Assembly (NCBI GenBank): GCA_007694915.1
Contig: REEV01000106.1
Location: forward strand, 23,077-87,076
From: Cyanobium sp. PLM2.Bin73
GTDB lineage: Bacteria > Cyanobacteriota > Cyanobacteriia > PCC-6307 > Cyanobiaceae
Direction of reading: 5' to 3'
Length of the DNA stretch: 64,000 nt
Shown here: piece by piece, positions 1 to 10,001 of the stretch
Position numbering within the stretch: the stretch's first letter is position 1
How the letters are laid out: every line of letters begins with the position of its first letter
Position numbers and translations under genes: made by a program
The notes under the pieces: generated by a model
Database searches by the model: none
What the model was told of the DNA's origin: nothing
The model's input: the letters and a program-made list of their open reading frames with translations, nothing else

Positions 1-476
1 GTCTGCTCCCCGACCGCCACCCCGATCGCCCCGGCGTTGAGCTGGTCGCGGTGGGGCGCCAGCTCGGCGTCGCTGCCCTCCAGGCTGAAACTGCCCCACA
101 GCAGCAGCCGCAGGGGCTCGGGCCACGCCAGCCCCTTGAGGCGCTCGGGCCGGTCGCGCCAGGGCCGGGCCCAGGGCAGCAGCGCCACCGTGCCGTAGCC
201 ACCGGCAGCCGCTGAGCGGGACAGGCTGTCGAGGGTTTCGGCGGTGCCGTCGAAGGGCTGCTCCAGCACACTGTGGGGATCCACCAGGGTGGGGGCGAGC
301 AGCCAGCCATCGGCGGCCAGGGGCTCCGAACCGAGCGCGGCGGCCTGGCGGCCCGCCGCCTCACCCCAGGCCTGCAGGCGGCCCTCGCCATCGATCAGGG
401 CGTCCTGGCGCTGCAGGGGTTCACCCGGGGCGGTGAGCAGCTGCACCTGGCGTAGCCAGAGCGGAGGGGGCACCAC
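1..476 (-). CDS. Amidohydrolase / dihydroorotase-like protein (N-terminal part; gene runs off the window edge)
   Basis: The minus-strand reading frame is open from a GTG at about 476 to the window edge. My translation is VVPPPLWLRQVQLLTAPGEPLQRQDALIDGEGRLQAWGE...GWLLAPTLVDPHSVLEQPFDG. The N-terminal pattern resembles cyclic amidohydrolases (composite beta domain followed by a D-P-H metal-ligand stretch). It is not in the ORF track because it is truncated. Confidence 0.4.
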   Translation of the reverse strand, partial: MVPPPLWLRQVQLLTAPGEPLQRQDALIDGEGRLQAWGEAAGRQAAALGSEPLAADGWLLAPTLVDPHSVLEQPFDGTAETLDSLSRSAAAGGYGTVALLPWARPWRDRPERLKGLAWPEPLRLLLWGSFSLEGSDAELAPHRDQLNAGAIGVAVGEQ

Positions 477-480
477 GGGC

Positions 481-1845
481 CTACAGGGCTCCGGCGGCGG
501 TGCGGTCGAGCACGCCGCCCAGATGGGAGGTGAGATTCAGGGCCGCCACCACCGGGGTACCGGCGGCTCCCTGGGGATAGTCGACCACGGTGACGCCGCC
601 ATTGCCCTGTTTGATCATCCAGATGTCGGCGGGGGTGAGCCCCAGCAGGGCACAGAGAATCGTCTTGTTGACGGCATCGTGGGCCACCACCAGGGCCGTT
701 TCGGCGGCATCGAGGCTGGCCGCAATCGTGCTCCAGGTGGCCAGGGAGCGCTGCCACACGTCGTGGATGGTCTCCCCCTCGGGCATCTGCACGGTGTGGG
801 GCGCCCGCTTCCAGTCGGCCAGCAGCTGGGGCCAGCCCTCGGCGATCTCCTGCTCCAGCCGCCCCTCCCAGAGGCCATGACCAATCTCCACCAGGCCCTT
901 GGTGGCGGTCAGCGGCACCCCCGGGTGGGCGGCAAGAATCCGTTCGGCGGTCTGGCGCGGACGGGCCATCGAGCTGGTGTAGGCCCGGTGGATGCTCACT
1001 GTGGCCAGGAAGGCGCCGGCGGCGTCGGCCTGGGCCAGGCCATTGGCATTCAGGGGAATATCGATCTGACCCTGAAAACGGCCCTGGCGGTTCCAGTCGG
1101 TTTCGCCGTGGCGCACCAGCAGCAGCCGCGCTCCCCCTCCCCGGGGGGGCAGTGGCTCGCCCAGGTGGGCAGTGCCATTGAGGGACTCCACCTGCACGGC
1201 GGGCCCAGCGCCGGGGCCACGGTTGAGGTTGAGCACGGAGATCGAACCGTTATCCACGCGCAGACGCCGGAAGCCACCAGCATCGAGACCCAGCAGGGTG
1301 AGCATCAGGCAGCGCAGGATGGCGTTGTGGGCCACCACCAGCACGCTCTGATCGCTGCCCTCCAGGGCGGCCCCGTGGCGCTCGAGCAGCAGGGCACGGA
1401 ACCGGGCCGCCTGGGCCATCAGCTCAGGGAGAGGGCGGTAGCTGCTGCCATCACTGCGCTGCAGCTCCAGGGTGTGGGGAGCGGTGCGCCATACGGCCTC
1501 CTGGCTGGGAAAGCGCTCGCGCAGCTCACGGCGCAGCAACCCGCTCCAGGGGGCGAGATCGATCTCCAGAAGGTCGCTCTCCAACACGGGCTCCAGGCCC
1601 TGGCCGTGGCCGCTGAGGAGATGGGCAGCCGTATCGCGGGCCCGTTGGAGGGGGGAGCTGTAGGCCGCGTCCAGGGGCACGGCGGCGAGGGCGGCGCCGG
1701 CGGCAGAGGCCTGTTTCACGCCCTCATGGGTGAGGGCTGAGAGGTCGTCGCGGCCCTGGATCCGGTGCTCGACGTTGAAGCTGCTGAGCCCGTGACGGAC
1801 CAGCACAATCCGGAGGGACACGGACCCAGGGCTGCGCCTGGGCAT
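481..1845 (-). CDS. Histidine phosphatase (phosphoglycerate mutase family) with two tandem domains
   Basis: This is the C-terminal 454 codons of ORF 481..3576(-), starting at the ATG at 1845. It has two RHG motifs (LVRHGLSSFN and LVRHGETDWN), each followed by a full PGAM-like domain. The upstream 577 codons of the ORF are Q/G/P/A/R-rich junk antisense to the CPBP protease gene. Confidence 0.8.
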   Translation of the reverse strand: MPRRSPGSVSLRIVLVRHGLSSFNVEHRIQGRDDLSALTHEGVKQASAAGAALAAVPLDAAYSSPLQRARDTAAHLLSGHGQGLEPVLESDLLEIDLAPWSGLLRRELRERFPSQEAVWRTAPHTLELQRSDGSSYRPLPELMAQAARFRALLLERHGAALEGSDQSVLVVAHNAILRCLMLTLLGLDAGGFRRLRVDNGSISVLNLNRGPGAGPAVQVESLNGTAHLGEPLPPRGGGARLLLVRHGETDWNRQGRFQGQIDIPLNANGLAQADAAGAFLATVSIHRAYTSSMARPRQTAERILAAHPGVPLTATKGLVEIGHGLWEGRLEQEIAEGWPQLLADWKRAPHTVQMPEGETIHDVWQRSLATWSTIAASLDAAETALVVAHDAVNKTILCALLGLTPADIWMIKQGNGGVTVVDYPQGAAGTPVVAALNLTSHLGGVLDRTAAGAL

Positions 1846-1848
1846 CGT

Positions 1849-3318
1849 ATGGGAGCAGGTATGGGAGCAAGAAGGGGGGAGAATCCACGCCATTGCCTCC
1901 CCGTCCCACAGCGCTTGGCCCCCTCCTCCACCGCGCCGCCGCGCTGGAAGCTCCTGCTCGCCGCCGTCAGCCTGCTGCTGTGCAGCCTGCTCTGGCTCAA
2001 CGGTCTGCTCCAGAGCCTGGATCGCCCCTCGGTGGGCAACGCCCTGGAGCTGCGCCAGCGGCAGCTCCAGATGCTGGCCGCTCCAGCCCTGCCGGACCGG
2101 CTGAAGCCCCTGCTCGCCGGGCCTGACGTCCTCGAGCAGCTCACCATCGCCCTGGAGGAGTCCCTGGCCGCCGGTCCCGGTCCAGGCAGTCCAGACCAGC
2201 TGCTGCAACTGGCCCTGCTGCAGCGTCGCGGCGAGAGGGCCGAAGCCGGCGCTGGCCTGCTGGAGCGCCTGCGCGCCCAGGTGCCCCCCGAGAGGCACGA
2301 ACTGGTGGTCCTGCTCGAGAGCAGCCCAGACCCCCCGAGCGTGGATCGCCAGCGGGCCGCCGCCCTCACGGCCCCCTGGCAGGACGATCTCAGCCCCCTG
2401 ACCAGCCAGCTGCTCTGCCAGGCCCTCGAGCCCGGACAAGCCGACTGCGGCGACCCGCGGCGGCAGGGGGGTGCCCTGGCGCGGCTGCTGGCGGTGAGCT
2501 GGCTGCCCGCACTGCTGCTCCTGCTTGGCGTGGCCCTGCTGCTGCGGCAGCTCTGGCTGCGGATCCGCCGCCGCCACCCGGCATCCCCGGCACTGGTGGG
2601 CCCGCCCCTCGATCTGGTGGACGTGACCCTGCTGATCGCCGGCGGCTTCGTGGTGCTCGGGGAACTGAGCGTGCCGCTGCTGCTGGCCCCGGCGCTGAGG
2701 CCGCTGCTCGCACCCCTCGACGCCACGCCGGCGCTGCAGCAGGGCCTGCAGGTGCTGCTGCTCTACCTGGGCTTGATGGTGCCGCCCCTGCTGATCCTGG
2801 CGACCCAACTGCGGCCCCTGGCGGGGCGGGAACCGGCCAACGGCTGGTTGCAGTGGCGCTGGCGGCCCGCCGGCTCGGCCATCCGCGGCGCCCTGGGCCA
2901 GCTGCTGATGGTGCTGCCCCTGGTGACCTTCGCCGGCTGGCTGGTGGAGCGCCTGCTGGGCGACCCCGGAGGCAGCAACCCGCTGCTGGATCTGGTGCTC
3001 ACCGCCCGCGACCCTGCGGCCCTGCTGTGCTTCGGGGTCACGGCCATGGTGCTGGCGCCCCTGTTCGAGGAGACGCTGTTCCGGGGGGTGCTGCTGCCGG
3101 CCCTTGGACAGCGCTGGGGAGACACGGCAGGGGTGCTGGTGAGCGCCCTGGTGTTCGGCCTGGCCCACCTCAGCCTCGGCGAACTGCTGCCCCTGGTGGT
3201 GCTGGGGGCCGGCCTGGGCTGGTTGCGGCTGCACAGCGGACGGCTGGGGCCCTGTGTGCTCATGCATGGGCTCTGGAACGGCTTCACCTTCACCAACCTG
3301 GTGCTGCTGGCGGTGTGA
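1849..3318 (+). CDS. CPBP-family (CAAX/Abi) intramembrane glutamic protease
   Basis: The motifs EETLFRG, FGLAHLS and HGLWNG lie in the C-terminal multi-TM region, and the N-terminal half is a long Leu-rich periplasmic/TM segment. The start was set to the ATG at 1849 (an alternative ATG is at 1861) because the track start at 1765 overlaps the divergent phosphatase gene. Confidence 0.75.
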   Translation: MGAGMGARRGENPRHCLPVPQRLAPSSTAPPRWKLLLAAVSLLLCSLLWLNGLLQSLDRPSVGNALELRQRQLQMLAAPALPDRLKPLLAGPDVLEQLTIALEESLAAGPGPGSPDQLLQLALLQRRGERAEAGAGLLERLRAQVPPERHELVVLLESSPDPPSVDRQRAAALTAPWQDDLSPLTSQLLCQALEPGQADCGDPRRQGGALARLLAVSWLPALLLLLGVALLLRQLWLRIRRRHPASPALVGPPLDLVDVTLLIAGGFVVLGELSVPLLLAPALRPLLAPLDATPALQQGLQVLLLYLGLMVPPLLILATQLRPLAGREPANGWLQWRWRPAGSAIRGALGQLLMVLPLVTFAGWLVERLLGDPGGSNPLLDLVLTARDPAALLCFGVTAMVLAPLFEETLFRGVLLPALGQRWGDTAGVLVSALVFGLAHLSLGELLPLVVLGAGLGWLRLHSGRLGPCVLMHGLWNGFTFTNLVLLAV

Positions 3319-3319
3319 A

Positions 3320-3347
3320 AGCCCCGTTCTGGCCTTGCTTCGGGGCT
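3320..3347 (+). terminator. Hairpin just after the CPBP protease stop codon
   Basis: AGCCCCG-(14 nt)-CGGGGCT, a 7-bp perfect stem starting 2 nt after the TGA at 3316-3318. The large loop and lack of a clear U-tract make it a weak call. Confidence 0.3.
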
Positions 3348-3502
3348 GCACGGGTGGTTCACTTGCAGGGCGTTGGTCACACCCCGTGGTCGCCTCCAAA
3401 TATCCCGGGCCGGCCGCCAACAGCCTCCAGCCCCAGCGGCCCCTGCAGCTGGTCCAGGGTTCACTCAGTGGCCGTGCCGGCGGCCGCCGGGCTCCCTGGC
3501 TG

Positions 3503-3829
3503 ATGGGCCTGCACCGGGCCACCGACGGCACCCTGGCCGGCCTCGGTCTCTGCATGCTCACCCTCAGCGGTCTCACGCTGCACTGGCAGAACGAGTGGGG
3601 GCAGAGCTTTCAGGCCCTGGAATCCGCCCAGGTGCTCGAACACCGGCTGCAGGAATCGGCCGCCCAGCTGGAGCGCCACCACCTCAGCCGCGCGGGCCAA
3701 CCTGGCCAGCTGGTGCCCACCAGCAGCGACCGGTTGATCTTCATGCCGCCGCCGCCGGCCCTCCCCCAATCCTCCTCAGGCCTGCCCCTGGCCTCCCTGA
3801 ACTGGCAACCGGCCGCCATCGGCTACTGA
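3503..3829 (+). CDS. Small bitopic membrane protein, FtsL-like by position (immediately upstream of ftsI)
   Basis: ATG at 3503 inside ORF 3254..3829. The sequence is MGLHRATDGTLAGLGLCMLTLSGLTLHW (one TM) followed by a helical segment (QALESAQVLEHRLQESAAQLERHH). The call rests on architecture and position; there is no sequence-family proof. Confidence 0.45.
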   Translation: MGLHRATDGTLAGLGLCMLTLSGLTLHWQNEWGQSFQALESAQVLEHRLQESAAQLERHHLSRAGQPGQLVPTSSDRLIFMPPPPALPQSSSGLPLASLNWQPAAIGY

Positions 3830-3853
3830 GTCGCCCACCCCTTTGCGGGATCC

Positions 3854-5698
3854 ATGACCCCAACGTCGCTTCCACGCTCCCGACGTCCTACGACAGCTCG
3901 CCCAGCGGGATCCAGCCGCCAACGACCGGTGGTGTCGATTCAGCCCCTCAGCCCCGGACGCCTGCTCGCCGTCTACGGCCTCCTCTGCCTCAGCCTGGTG
4001 GGCCTGGCCGGCCGCCTGGCCTGGCTGCAGGTGTTCGACACCGCCAATCTGGAGGCCAAGGCCCGGGCGATTCAGACCCAGTCGCAGACCCCCCTGGGCA
4101 AGCGCCGCACGATCGTTGATCGCAACGGCCGCCTGGTGGCCCTCGACGAGGAGCGCTTCACCCTCTGGGCCCACCCCCGCTTCTTCAACTTCCCCGGTGA
4201 CGACCCCCAGAAGCTGCGCAGCCGGGAGGAGGTGGCCTCCCGCCTGGCGCCCGTGCTCGCCCAGCCTGCGGAGCTGCTGCACGAGCGCATGGTGGGCCGC
4301 CCAAGCGGCGTGAGGCTGGGCACCAATATCGACCCGGAAACCGCCGAGCGCATCCGTCGGCTGGGCATCAGCGGCCTCGACCTGGAGGGCTATCCCCAGC
4401 GCGTCTACCCCCAGGGCTCGCTGTTCGCCAACGTGGTGGGCTTCCTCAACCTGGAGCGGGTGCCCCAGGCGGGGCTGGAGCAAAGCCGCAACAGCGACCT
4501 CCAGCGCCAGGAGAACACCATCAGCATGCGTCGGGGGGCCGATGGCACCCCCCTCCCAGAGGGCCTCACGGCGGGCTCGCTCTACGGCGACGATCTGCGC
4601 CTGCAGCTCACCCTGGACGCGCGCCTGCAGCAGGTGAGTCAGCAGGCCCTGGCCAATCAGGTGGCGAAATGGAAGGCCAAGCGCGGCGCGGCCCTGGTGA
4701 TGGATGTGCGCAACGGCGAGATGCTGGCCCTCACCTCCTATCCCACCTACGACCCCAACCAGTTCTGGAAATTCAATCCCGGACTGTTCCGCGAATGGTC
4801 GGTGCAGGATCTCTACGAACCCGGATCCACCTTCAAACCCATCAACCTAGCCATCGCCCTGCAGGAGAAGGCGATCGACCCCAAGGGGACGGTGAGCGAC
4901 CCGGGGCAGCTGAGCATCGGTGGCTGGCCGATCTTCAACGCCAACCGCCAGGGCAACGGCGTGATCGATTTCGCCACCGTTCTGGAGGTGTCCAGCAACG
5001 TGGGCATGGTGAATGCCATGGCCCAGGTGAAGCGGGAGCGCTTCTGGGAGTGGCTGAACAAGATCGGCATCGACACCAGGCCCGACACCGACCTGCCCGG
5101 TGCCGTGGCCGGGGAGCTGAAGCCGCGCGGGGTGTTCACCGGTCACGCGATCGAGCCGGCGGTGGCGGCCTTCGGCCAGGGCTTCTCGCTCACCCCCCTG
5201 AAGCTGGCCCAGCTGCACGCGATGCTGGCCAATGGTGGCCGGCTGGTGAGCCCCCACATCACCCGCGGCCTGCGCTCCGGCGAGGCCCTGGCCAGCAGCA
5301 CCGGTCATACCGGTCTCCAGCTGCTCGATCCGCAGGTGACGGCCACGGTGCTGGAGTGGATGGAGCAGACGGTGGCCCGCAGCGACAGCCTGGGCGTGAA
5401 AGTGCCCGGCTACCGCATCGGCGGCAAGACGGGCACCGCCCAGAAGGCTGAGCGCGGCGTGTACATCCCCGGGGCCCTGATCACCAGCTTCGTGGCGGTG
5501 CTGCCGATCGAAGACCCCCGCTACGTGGTGCTGGTGGTGGTGGATGAACCCCAGGGCGGCAACACCTACGGCTCCACCGTGGCCGCGCCTGTGGCCCGCC
5601 AGATCATCGACGCCCTGCTGGTGCTTGAGCAGATCCCCCCCTCCACTCCTGTGGCCGCACCAGCCCAGGCGCCCGAGCCCGCCAGTCCTCCGGCCTGA
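3854..5698 (+). CDS. ftsI: Peptidoglycan D,D-transpeptidase FtsI (class B PBP)
   Basis: 614 aa with an N-terminal TM anchor, a PBP dimerisation region, and the transpeptidase motifs STFKP, SSN and KTGTA. Confidence 0.9.
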   Translation: MTPTSLPRSRRPTTARPAGSSRQRPVVSIQPLSPGRLLAVYGLLCLSLVGLAGRLAWLQVFDTANLEAKARAIQTQSQTPLGKRRTIVDRNGRLVALDEERFTLWAHPRFFNFPGDDPQKLRSREEVASRLAPVLAQPAELLHERMVGRPSGVRLGTNIDPETAERIRRLGISGLDLEGYPQRVYPQGSLFANVVGFLNLERVPQAGLEQSRNSDLQRQENTISMRRGADGTPLPEGLTAGSLYGDDLRLQLTLDARLQQVSQQALANQVAKWKAKRGAALVMDVRNGEMLALTSYPTYDPNQFWKFNPGLFREWSVQDLYEPGSTFKPINLAIALQEKAIDPKGTVSDPGQLSIGGWPIFNANRQGNGVIDFATVLEVSSNVGMVNAMAQVKRERFWEWLNKIGIDTRPDTDLPGAVAGELKPRGVFTGHAIEPAVAAFGQGFSLTPLKLAQLHAMLANGGRLVSPHITRGLRSGEALASSTGHTGLQLLDPQVTATVLEWMEQTVARSDSLGVKVPGYRIGGKTGTAQKAERGVYIPGALITSFVAVLPIEDPRYVVLVVVDEPQGGNTYGSTVAAPVARQIIDALLVLEQIPPSTPVAAPAQAPEPASPPA

Positions 5699-5841
5699 GC
5701 CCATGGCAGCGCCGATCGCCCACCGGCCGGCCGGCCGGCCGCCGACGTTCCCATGTGGCCATTCGCGCAAGCACCACCCCCGAAGCTGGGGAGCGGCAAC
5801 AGCCCTGGCTAGCGTTCAGGCAACCGGGATTTCCGCCAGCG

Positions 5842-7014
5842 ATGGCCAACCTGCTCGATCAACTCGCCGCCATGACCGTGGTTGTCGCCGATACCGGCGA
5901 CATCGACGCGATCAAGCAGTTCACGCCGCGGGACGCCACCACCAACCCCTCATTGATCCTGGCGGCGGCCCAGATTCCCGCCTACCAGGAACTGATCGAT
6001 CGCTCCCTGCGTGAGTCACGCGCCGAGATGGGCGCAGGCGCCGGGGCCGATGCGGTGGTGCGGGAAGCCCTCGATGAAATCTGCGTCACCTTCGGCAAGG
6101 AGATCCTCAAGATCGTGCCGGGCCGGGTGTCCACCGAAGTGGATGCGCGCCTGAGCTTCGACACTGAAGCCACGATCACCAAGGCCCGGCGCCTGATCCA
6201 GCTCTACAACCAAGCCGGCATCAGCAACGACCGGGTGCTGATCAAGGTGGCCTCCACCTGGGAGGGCCTCCGCGCCGCCGAGCAGCTGGAGAAGGACGGC
6301 ATCCACTGCAACCTCACCCTGCTGTTCTCCTTTGCCCAGGCCGTGGCGGCCGCCGAGGCCGGCGTCACCCTGATCTCCCCGTTCGTGGGCCGCATCCTCG
6401 ACTGGTACAAGAAAAGCACCGGTCGGGAGAGCTATCCGGGGCCAGAGGATCCTGGAGTGGTGTCGGTGACGCAGATCTTCAACTACTACAAGACCTACGG
6501 CTACAAGACCGAGGTGATGGGGGCCAGCTTCCGCAACACCGACGAGATCATCGAACTGGCAGGCTGCGACCTGCTCACCATCTCCCCGGCCCTGCTGCAG
6601 GAGCTCCACAGCACCGAGGGGGTGCTGGAGCGCAAGCTCAACCCCTTCGATCCTGCCCCCACCGAAGCCCAGATCCACCTGGATGAGGCCGGATTCCGTG
6701 CCATGCACGGGGCCGACCCAATGGCTACCGAAAAACTGGATGAGGGCATCCGGGGCTTCTGCAAGGCGATCGAAACCCTCGAAGCCCAGCTGGCCCATCG
6801 CCTGGCGGTGCTGGAGGGGGGGGCCGCCTTCGGCCATGCCGTGCACGAGATCTTTCTGCTCAACGACCTCGACGGCGACGGCTGCATCACCCGCGAAGAG
6901 TGGCTGGGAAGCGATGCGGTGTTCGATGCCCTCGACACCGACAACGACGGCCGGCTCGCCCCCGACGACGTGCGCGGCGGGCTGGGGGCCGCCCTGGCGG
7001 TGAGCGGGAGCTGA
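5842..7014 (+). CDS. tal: Transaldolase with a C-terminal EF-hand pair
   Basis: ATG at 5842 ([38 protein letters not shown]), a classic TalB N-terminus. The C-terminal roughly 60 aa carry two canonical 12-residue Ca-binding loops, [12 protein letters not shown] and [12 protein letters not shown]. Confidence 0.9.
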   Translation: MANLLDQLAAMTVVVADTGDIDAIKQFTPRDATTNPSLILAAAQIPAYQELIDRSLRESRAEMGAGAGADAVVREALDEICVTFGKEILKIVPGRVSTEVDARLSFDTEATITKARRLIQLYNQAGISNDRVLIKVASTWEGLRAAEQLEKDGIHCNLTLLFSFAQAVAAAEAGVTLISPFVGRILDWYKKSTGRESYPGPEDPGVVSVTQIFNYYKTYGYKTEVMGASFRNTDEIIELAGCDLLTISPALLQELHSTEGVLERKLNPFDPAPTEAQIHLDEAGFRAMHGADPMATEKLDEGIRGFCKAIETLEAQLAHRLAVLEGGAAFGHAVHEIFLLNDLDGDGCITREEWLGSDAVFDALDTDNDGRLAPDDVRGGLGAALAVSGS

Positions 7015-7047
7015 AACCACGGCAGCAGCCGCTGCCTTAATCCGCTC

Positions 7048-7476
7048 TTGACCTGGCTGGTCCACACTGGGCCGCTGACCCGTCCTGCCCCCGCCGTGAA
7101 CGCACTCGACACCATGCGCGCCCTTGCCAGTGAGGGCGAAGTGATCACGGTGGAGCCGGGTGAGCTGATCTTCCGCTCCGGCGAGAGCGGCGACTGCATG
7201 TTCGGGGTGCTGGAGGGCGAGGTGCAGCTGAGCTGGAACAGCGATGCCGGCCATGAGCAGATCCGGGCCGGCGACGTGTTCGGCGCCGGCGCCCTGGTCA
7301 CCAGCGAGCACCGTCGCTACGGCGATGCCAGAGCGGCCACAGCCTGCCGGCTGCTGGTGATGAACCGGGAGAAGTTCCTGTTCGCCGTGCAGGAATCGCC
7401 GATGTTCGCAATCGAGCTGCTGGGCTCGATCGATCAGCGCCTGCGCCAGCTCAAGGACTGCACCCGCATCGCCTGA
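7048..7476 (+). CDS. Stand-alone cyclic-nucleotide-binding (cNMP/Crp-type) domain protein
   Basis: It shows the GELIFRSGESGDCMFGVLEGEVQL beta-roll pattern, plus FGAGALV....RRYGDARAATACRLLVMNREKFL. There is no HTH or other effector domain. The track start is TTG at 7048; ATG at 7114 or GTG at 7096 are alternatives. Confidence 0.65.
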   Translation: MTWLVHTGPLTRPAPAVNALDTMRALASEGEVITVEPGELIFRSGESGDCMFGVLEGEVQLSWNSDAGHEQIRAGDVFGAGALVTSEHRRYGDARAATACRLLVMNREKFLFAVQESPMFAIELLGSIDQRLRQLKDCTRIA

Positions 7477-7483
7477 CAGGTAC

Positions 7484-8662
7484 TCAGCCCCGCTGCAGCA
7501 GCAGCCGGCGGATCGCCCGCTGGGCGATGTCGCCATAGCCCATCTCCCCCGAGAGGATCTGGGCGATGCGCTGGGGCGCGGTGGGGCGCTTGATGCCCAG
7601 CTGATAGCCCACCCCGGGCACCCGGTAGAACACGCTGGCGATGCGCCGTCCCCAGGCCATCGAGTCGCCCCAGTCGCGGCGCAGCCCGTCGCTGTAGCCC
7701 GCCAGGGCACCGGCCTCGCCCGCCAGCCAGAGGTCGATTGCGCTGGCGGCCCGGCAGCCGCTCAGCAGTGCCGGCCGCAGACCCTCGGCCAGGAAGGGAT
7801 CACACAGCGAGGCGGCATCACCGGCCACCACCACCCCCTCGCCATGGAGGGGGTGGTGGCCGTCCCACACCCGCAGGCGATTCACCGTGCGCTGGCCCGC
7901 ACCGGCGGCAAAGCCGAGGCTGGGCAGCAGCCGGGCCAGCACGGCGTCAGCCTCGGAGCGGGCCGTGGCCGCATCGGCGGGCCGGCCGATGAAGCTGCCA
8001 AGGCCGATGCTCATCCCCCCACGCCGGGGGAAGGCCCAGCAGAACCCCTTGGGCACCAGTCCGAAGCCGAAATGGGCTGTGGTCGGATCGGCCACGCCCC
8101 CCTCCACCTCCACCGAAACGGTGGTGGCGAAGCGGGGCCGGCTGGGACCCAGCCCAAGGCCAGCCGCCAGCCGTGACCCGGAGCCGTCGGCAACCACCAC
8201 GGCCAGGGCCTCCAGCCCCTCCTCCTCCGGGCTGCCGACGGAGGAGCCCAGCTGCAGCCGCCAGCGGCCATCGCGGCGCTGCAGCGCCTGCACCGAACAC
8301 CCGGGCAGGAAGCAGGCACCGGAGGCCCGGGCCTGCTCCACCAGAAAGGCGTCGAGGTTGGCGCGCTGCACGATCCAGAACGGCGCCTCACCCGGCAGCT
8401 CGGCCACCACCGGATCCCCCAGGTCCCAGGTGAAGCGCACCCGCTCGATCACCGTCTCCACCACCGGCCTGAGGTCGAAGGGGAACCAGGCCTGCACCGA
8501 GGCGGCCATGCCGCCACCGCAGGCCTTGGCCCGGGGGAAGGACGCCGCCTGATCCAGCAGCAGCACACGGCGTCCGGCCCGGGCCAGGTGGGCGGCGGCC
8601 GCGGCCCCGGCCGCCCCGGCCCCCACCACGATCACCTCCCATGGGCCCGACGGAGTGGTCAC
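7484..8662 (-). CDS. FAD-dependent oxidoreductase, geranylgeranyl-reductase (FixC-like) family
   Basis: It has an N-terminal Rossmann motif, [28 protein letters not shown]. Length is about 390 aa. The GTG start overlaps the frr stop codon (GTGA). Confidence 0.8.
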   Translation of the reverse strand: MTTPSGPWEVIVVGAGAAGAAAAAHLARAGRRVLLLDQAASFPRAKACGGGMAASVQAWFPFDLRPVVETVIERVRFTWDLGDPVVAELPGEAPFWIVQRANLDAFLVEQARASGACFLPGCSVQALQRRDGRWRLQLGSSVGSPEEEGLEALAVVVADGSGSRLAAGLGLGPSRPRFATTVSVEVEGGVADPTTAHFGFGLVPKGFCWAFPRRGGMSIGLGSFIGRPADAATARSEADAVLARLLPSLGFAAGAGQRTVNRLRVWDGHHPLHGEGVVVAGDAASLCDPFLAEGLRPALLSGCRAASAIDLWLAGEAGALAGYSDGLRRDWGDSMAWGRRIASVFYRVPGVGYQLGIKRPTAPQRIAQILSGEMGYGDIAQRAIRRLLLQRG

Positions 8663-9198
8663 ACCTTGAGGATCTCAGCCTCCTTCTCGCTCAGGTGCTT
8701 GTCGAGCTCGGCGATGAAGCGATCGGTGAGTTTCTGCACCTGCTCCTGTTCATCGCGGCTCTGGTCTTCGGAGAGCTCGCCATCCTTCTCGCGTTTCTTG
8801 ATGCGATCGATGCCGTCCCGGCGGTTGTTGCGCAGGGCCACCTTGCCCTCTTCGGCGTAGCGGGCGGCGATCTTGCACAGCTCCTTGCGGCGATCCTCGG
8901 TGAGGGGCGGAATGTTGATGCGGATCACCCTGCCGTCGTTGTTGCAGGTAAGGCCCAGATCACTCATGGCGATCGCCTTCTCGATCAGACCCAGGGAGCC
9001 CTGATCGAAGGGCTGGATCTGGATCGTCTGGGAGTCGGGCGTGCTGAGGCTGGCGAGAGATTTCAGCTGGGTCTCAGCGCCGTAGTACTCCACGCTGATC
9101 TTGTCGAGCAGGGAGGTGTTGGCCCGCCCCGTGCGGATGGTGTTGAAGTTGCGCAGGGCGGCGTCCACCGACTTGCGCATCGCGGCTTCCAGATCCAT
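8659..9198 (-). CDS. frr: Ribosome recycling factor
   Basis: 179 aa from the ATG at 9198 ([32 protein letters not shown]...). Similarity to Frr runs the full length. The track ORF extends further upstream, but the extra 45 codons are not Frr-like. Confidence 0.92.
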   Translation of the reverse strand: MDLEAAMRKSVDAALRNFNTIRTGRANTSLLDKISVEYYGAETQLKSLASLSTPDSQTIQIQPFDQGSLGLIEKAIAMSDLGLTCNNDGRVIRINIPPLTEDRRKELCKIAARYAEEGKVALRNNRRDGIDRIKKREKDGELSEDQSRDEQEQVQKLTDRFIAELDKHLSEKEAEILKV

Positions 9199-9220
9199 GA
9201 CGATCGCTCGGGCGGGGGGC

Positions 9221-9928
9221 TCAGGGGTGAATGCGGGTGCCGATCGGCTCACCGCGCACGGCCCGGCCGATGTTGCCGGGACCGAACAGATCAAACACCA
9301 CGATGGGGATGGCGTTGTCCTTGCAGAGGGCAATGGCGGCGCCGTCCATCACCTCCAGCTCACCGCTGAGCACCTCCAGGAAGGAGAGGGTTTCATAGCG
9401 GCGGGCATCGGCGTGCTTGGCCGGATCGCGGTCGTAGACCCCATCCACCTTGGTGGCCTTGAACACCACGTCGGCGTTGATCTCGGCGGCCCGCAGGGCG
9501 GCCGTGGTGTCGGTGGTGAAGAAGGGGTTGCCGGTGCCGGCGGCGAAGATCACCACCCGGCCCTTCTCCATGTGGCGGATCGCCCGGCGGCGGATGTAAG
9601 GCTCGGCCACCTCCTGCATGGAGATGGCGCTCTGCACGCGGGTGGGCACGCCGGCCCGCTCCAGGCCGTCCTGGAGGGTGATGGCATTCATCACCGTGGC
9701 CAGCATGCCCACGTAGTCGGCGGTGGCCCGGTCCATGCCGGCGGCGCTGCCTTTGAGGCCACGAAAGATGTTGCCGCCGCCCACCACAATCGCCAGCTGG
9801 GTGCCGTCGGCCACGCAGGCGGCCACGTCAGCGGCGATCGACTGCACGATGGCCGGGTCGATGCCGTAGCCCTGCTCCCCCATCAGCGCCTCGCCGCTGA
9901 GCTTGAGCAGCACACGCGTGAACCCCAT
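9221..9928 (-). CDS. pyrH: UMP kinase
   Basis: ATG at 9928 ([25 protein letters not shown]...), with the amino-acid-kinase fold and PyrH motifs. Confidence 0.92.
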   Translation of the reverse strand: MGFTRVLLKLSGEALMGEQGYGIDPAIVQSIAADVAACVADGTQLAIVVGGGNIFRGLKGSAAGMDRATADYVGMLATVMNAITLQDGLERAGVPTRVQSAISMQEVAEPYIRRRAIRHMEKGRVVIFAAGTGNPFFTTDTTAALRAAEINADVVFKATKVDGVYDRDPAKHADARRYETLSFLEVLSGELEVMDGAAIALCKDNAIPIVVFDLFGPGNIGRAVRGEPIGTRIHP

Positions 9929-10001
9929 CGCCCCCCGTTGATCTGCGGCACCGTAGCAATGGCCCCAGGCCAGGCCCCAGGGCCCGTCCTGCCGAGGCAA
10001 T

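Noticed and set aside
1846-3576. The upstream 577 codons of the 1031-aa minus-strand ORF 481..3576.
   Set aside because: The composition is Q/G/P/A/R/H-rich low complexity with no motifs. It lies exactly antisense to the well-supported CPBP protease gene. The real phosphatase begins at the internal ATG at 1845. This is a typical high-GC stop-codon desert.
5723-5740. A (CCGG)4 microsatellite in the ftsI-tal spacer.
   Set aside because: It is very short and is expected by chance in roughly 68% G+C DNA. There is no evidence of phase-variable function because it is not within a coding frame or an obvious promoter.
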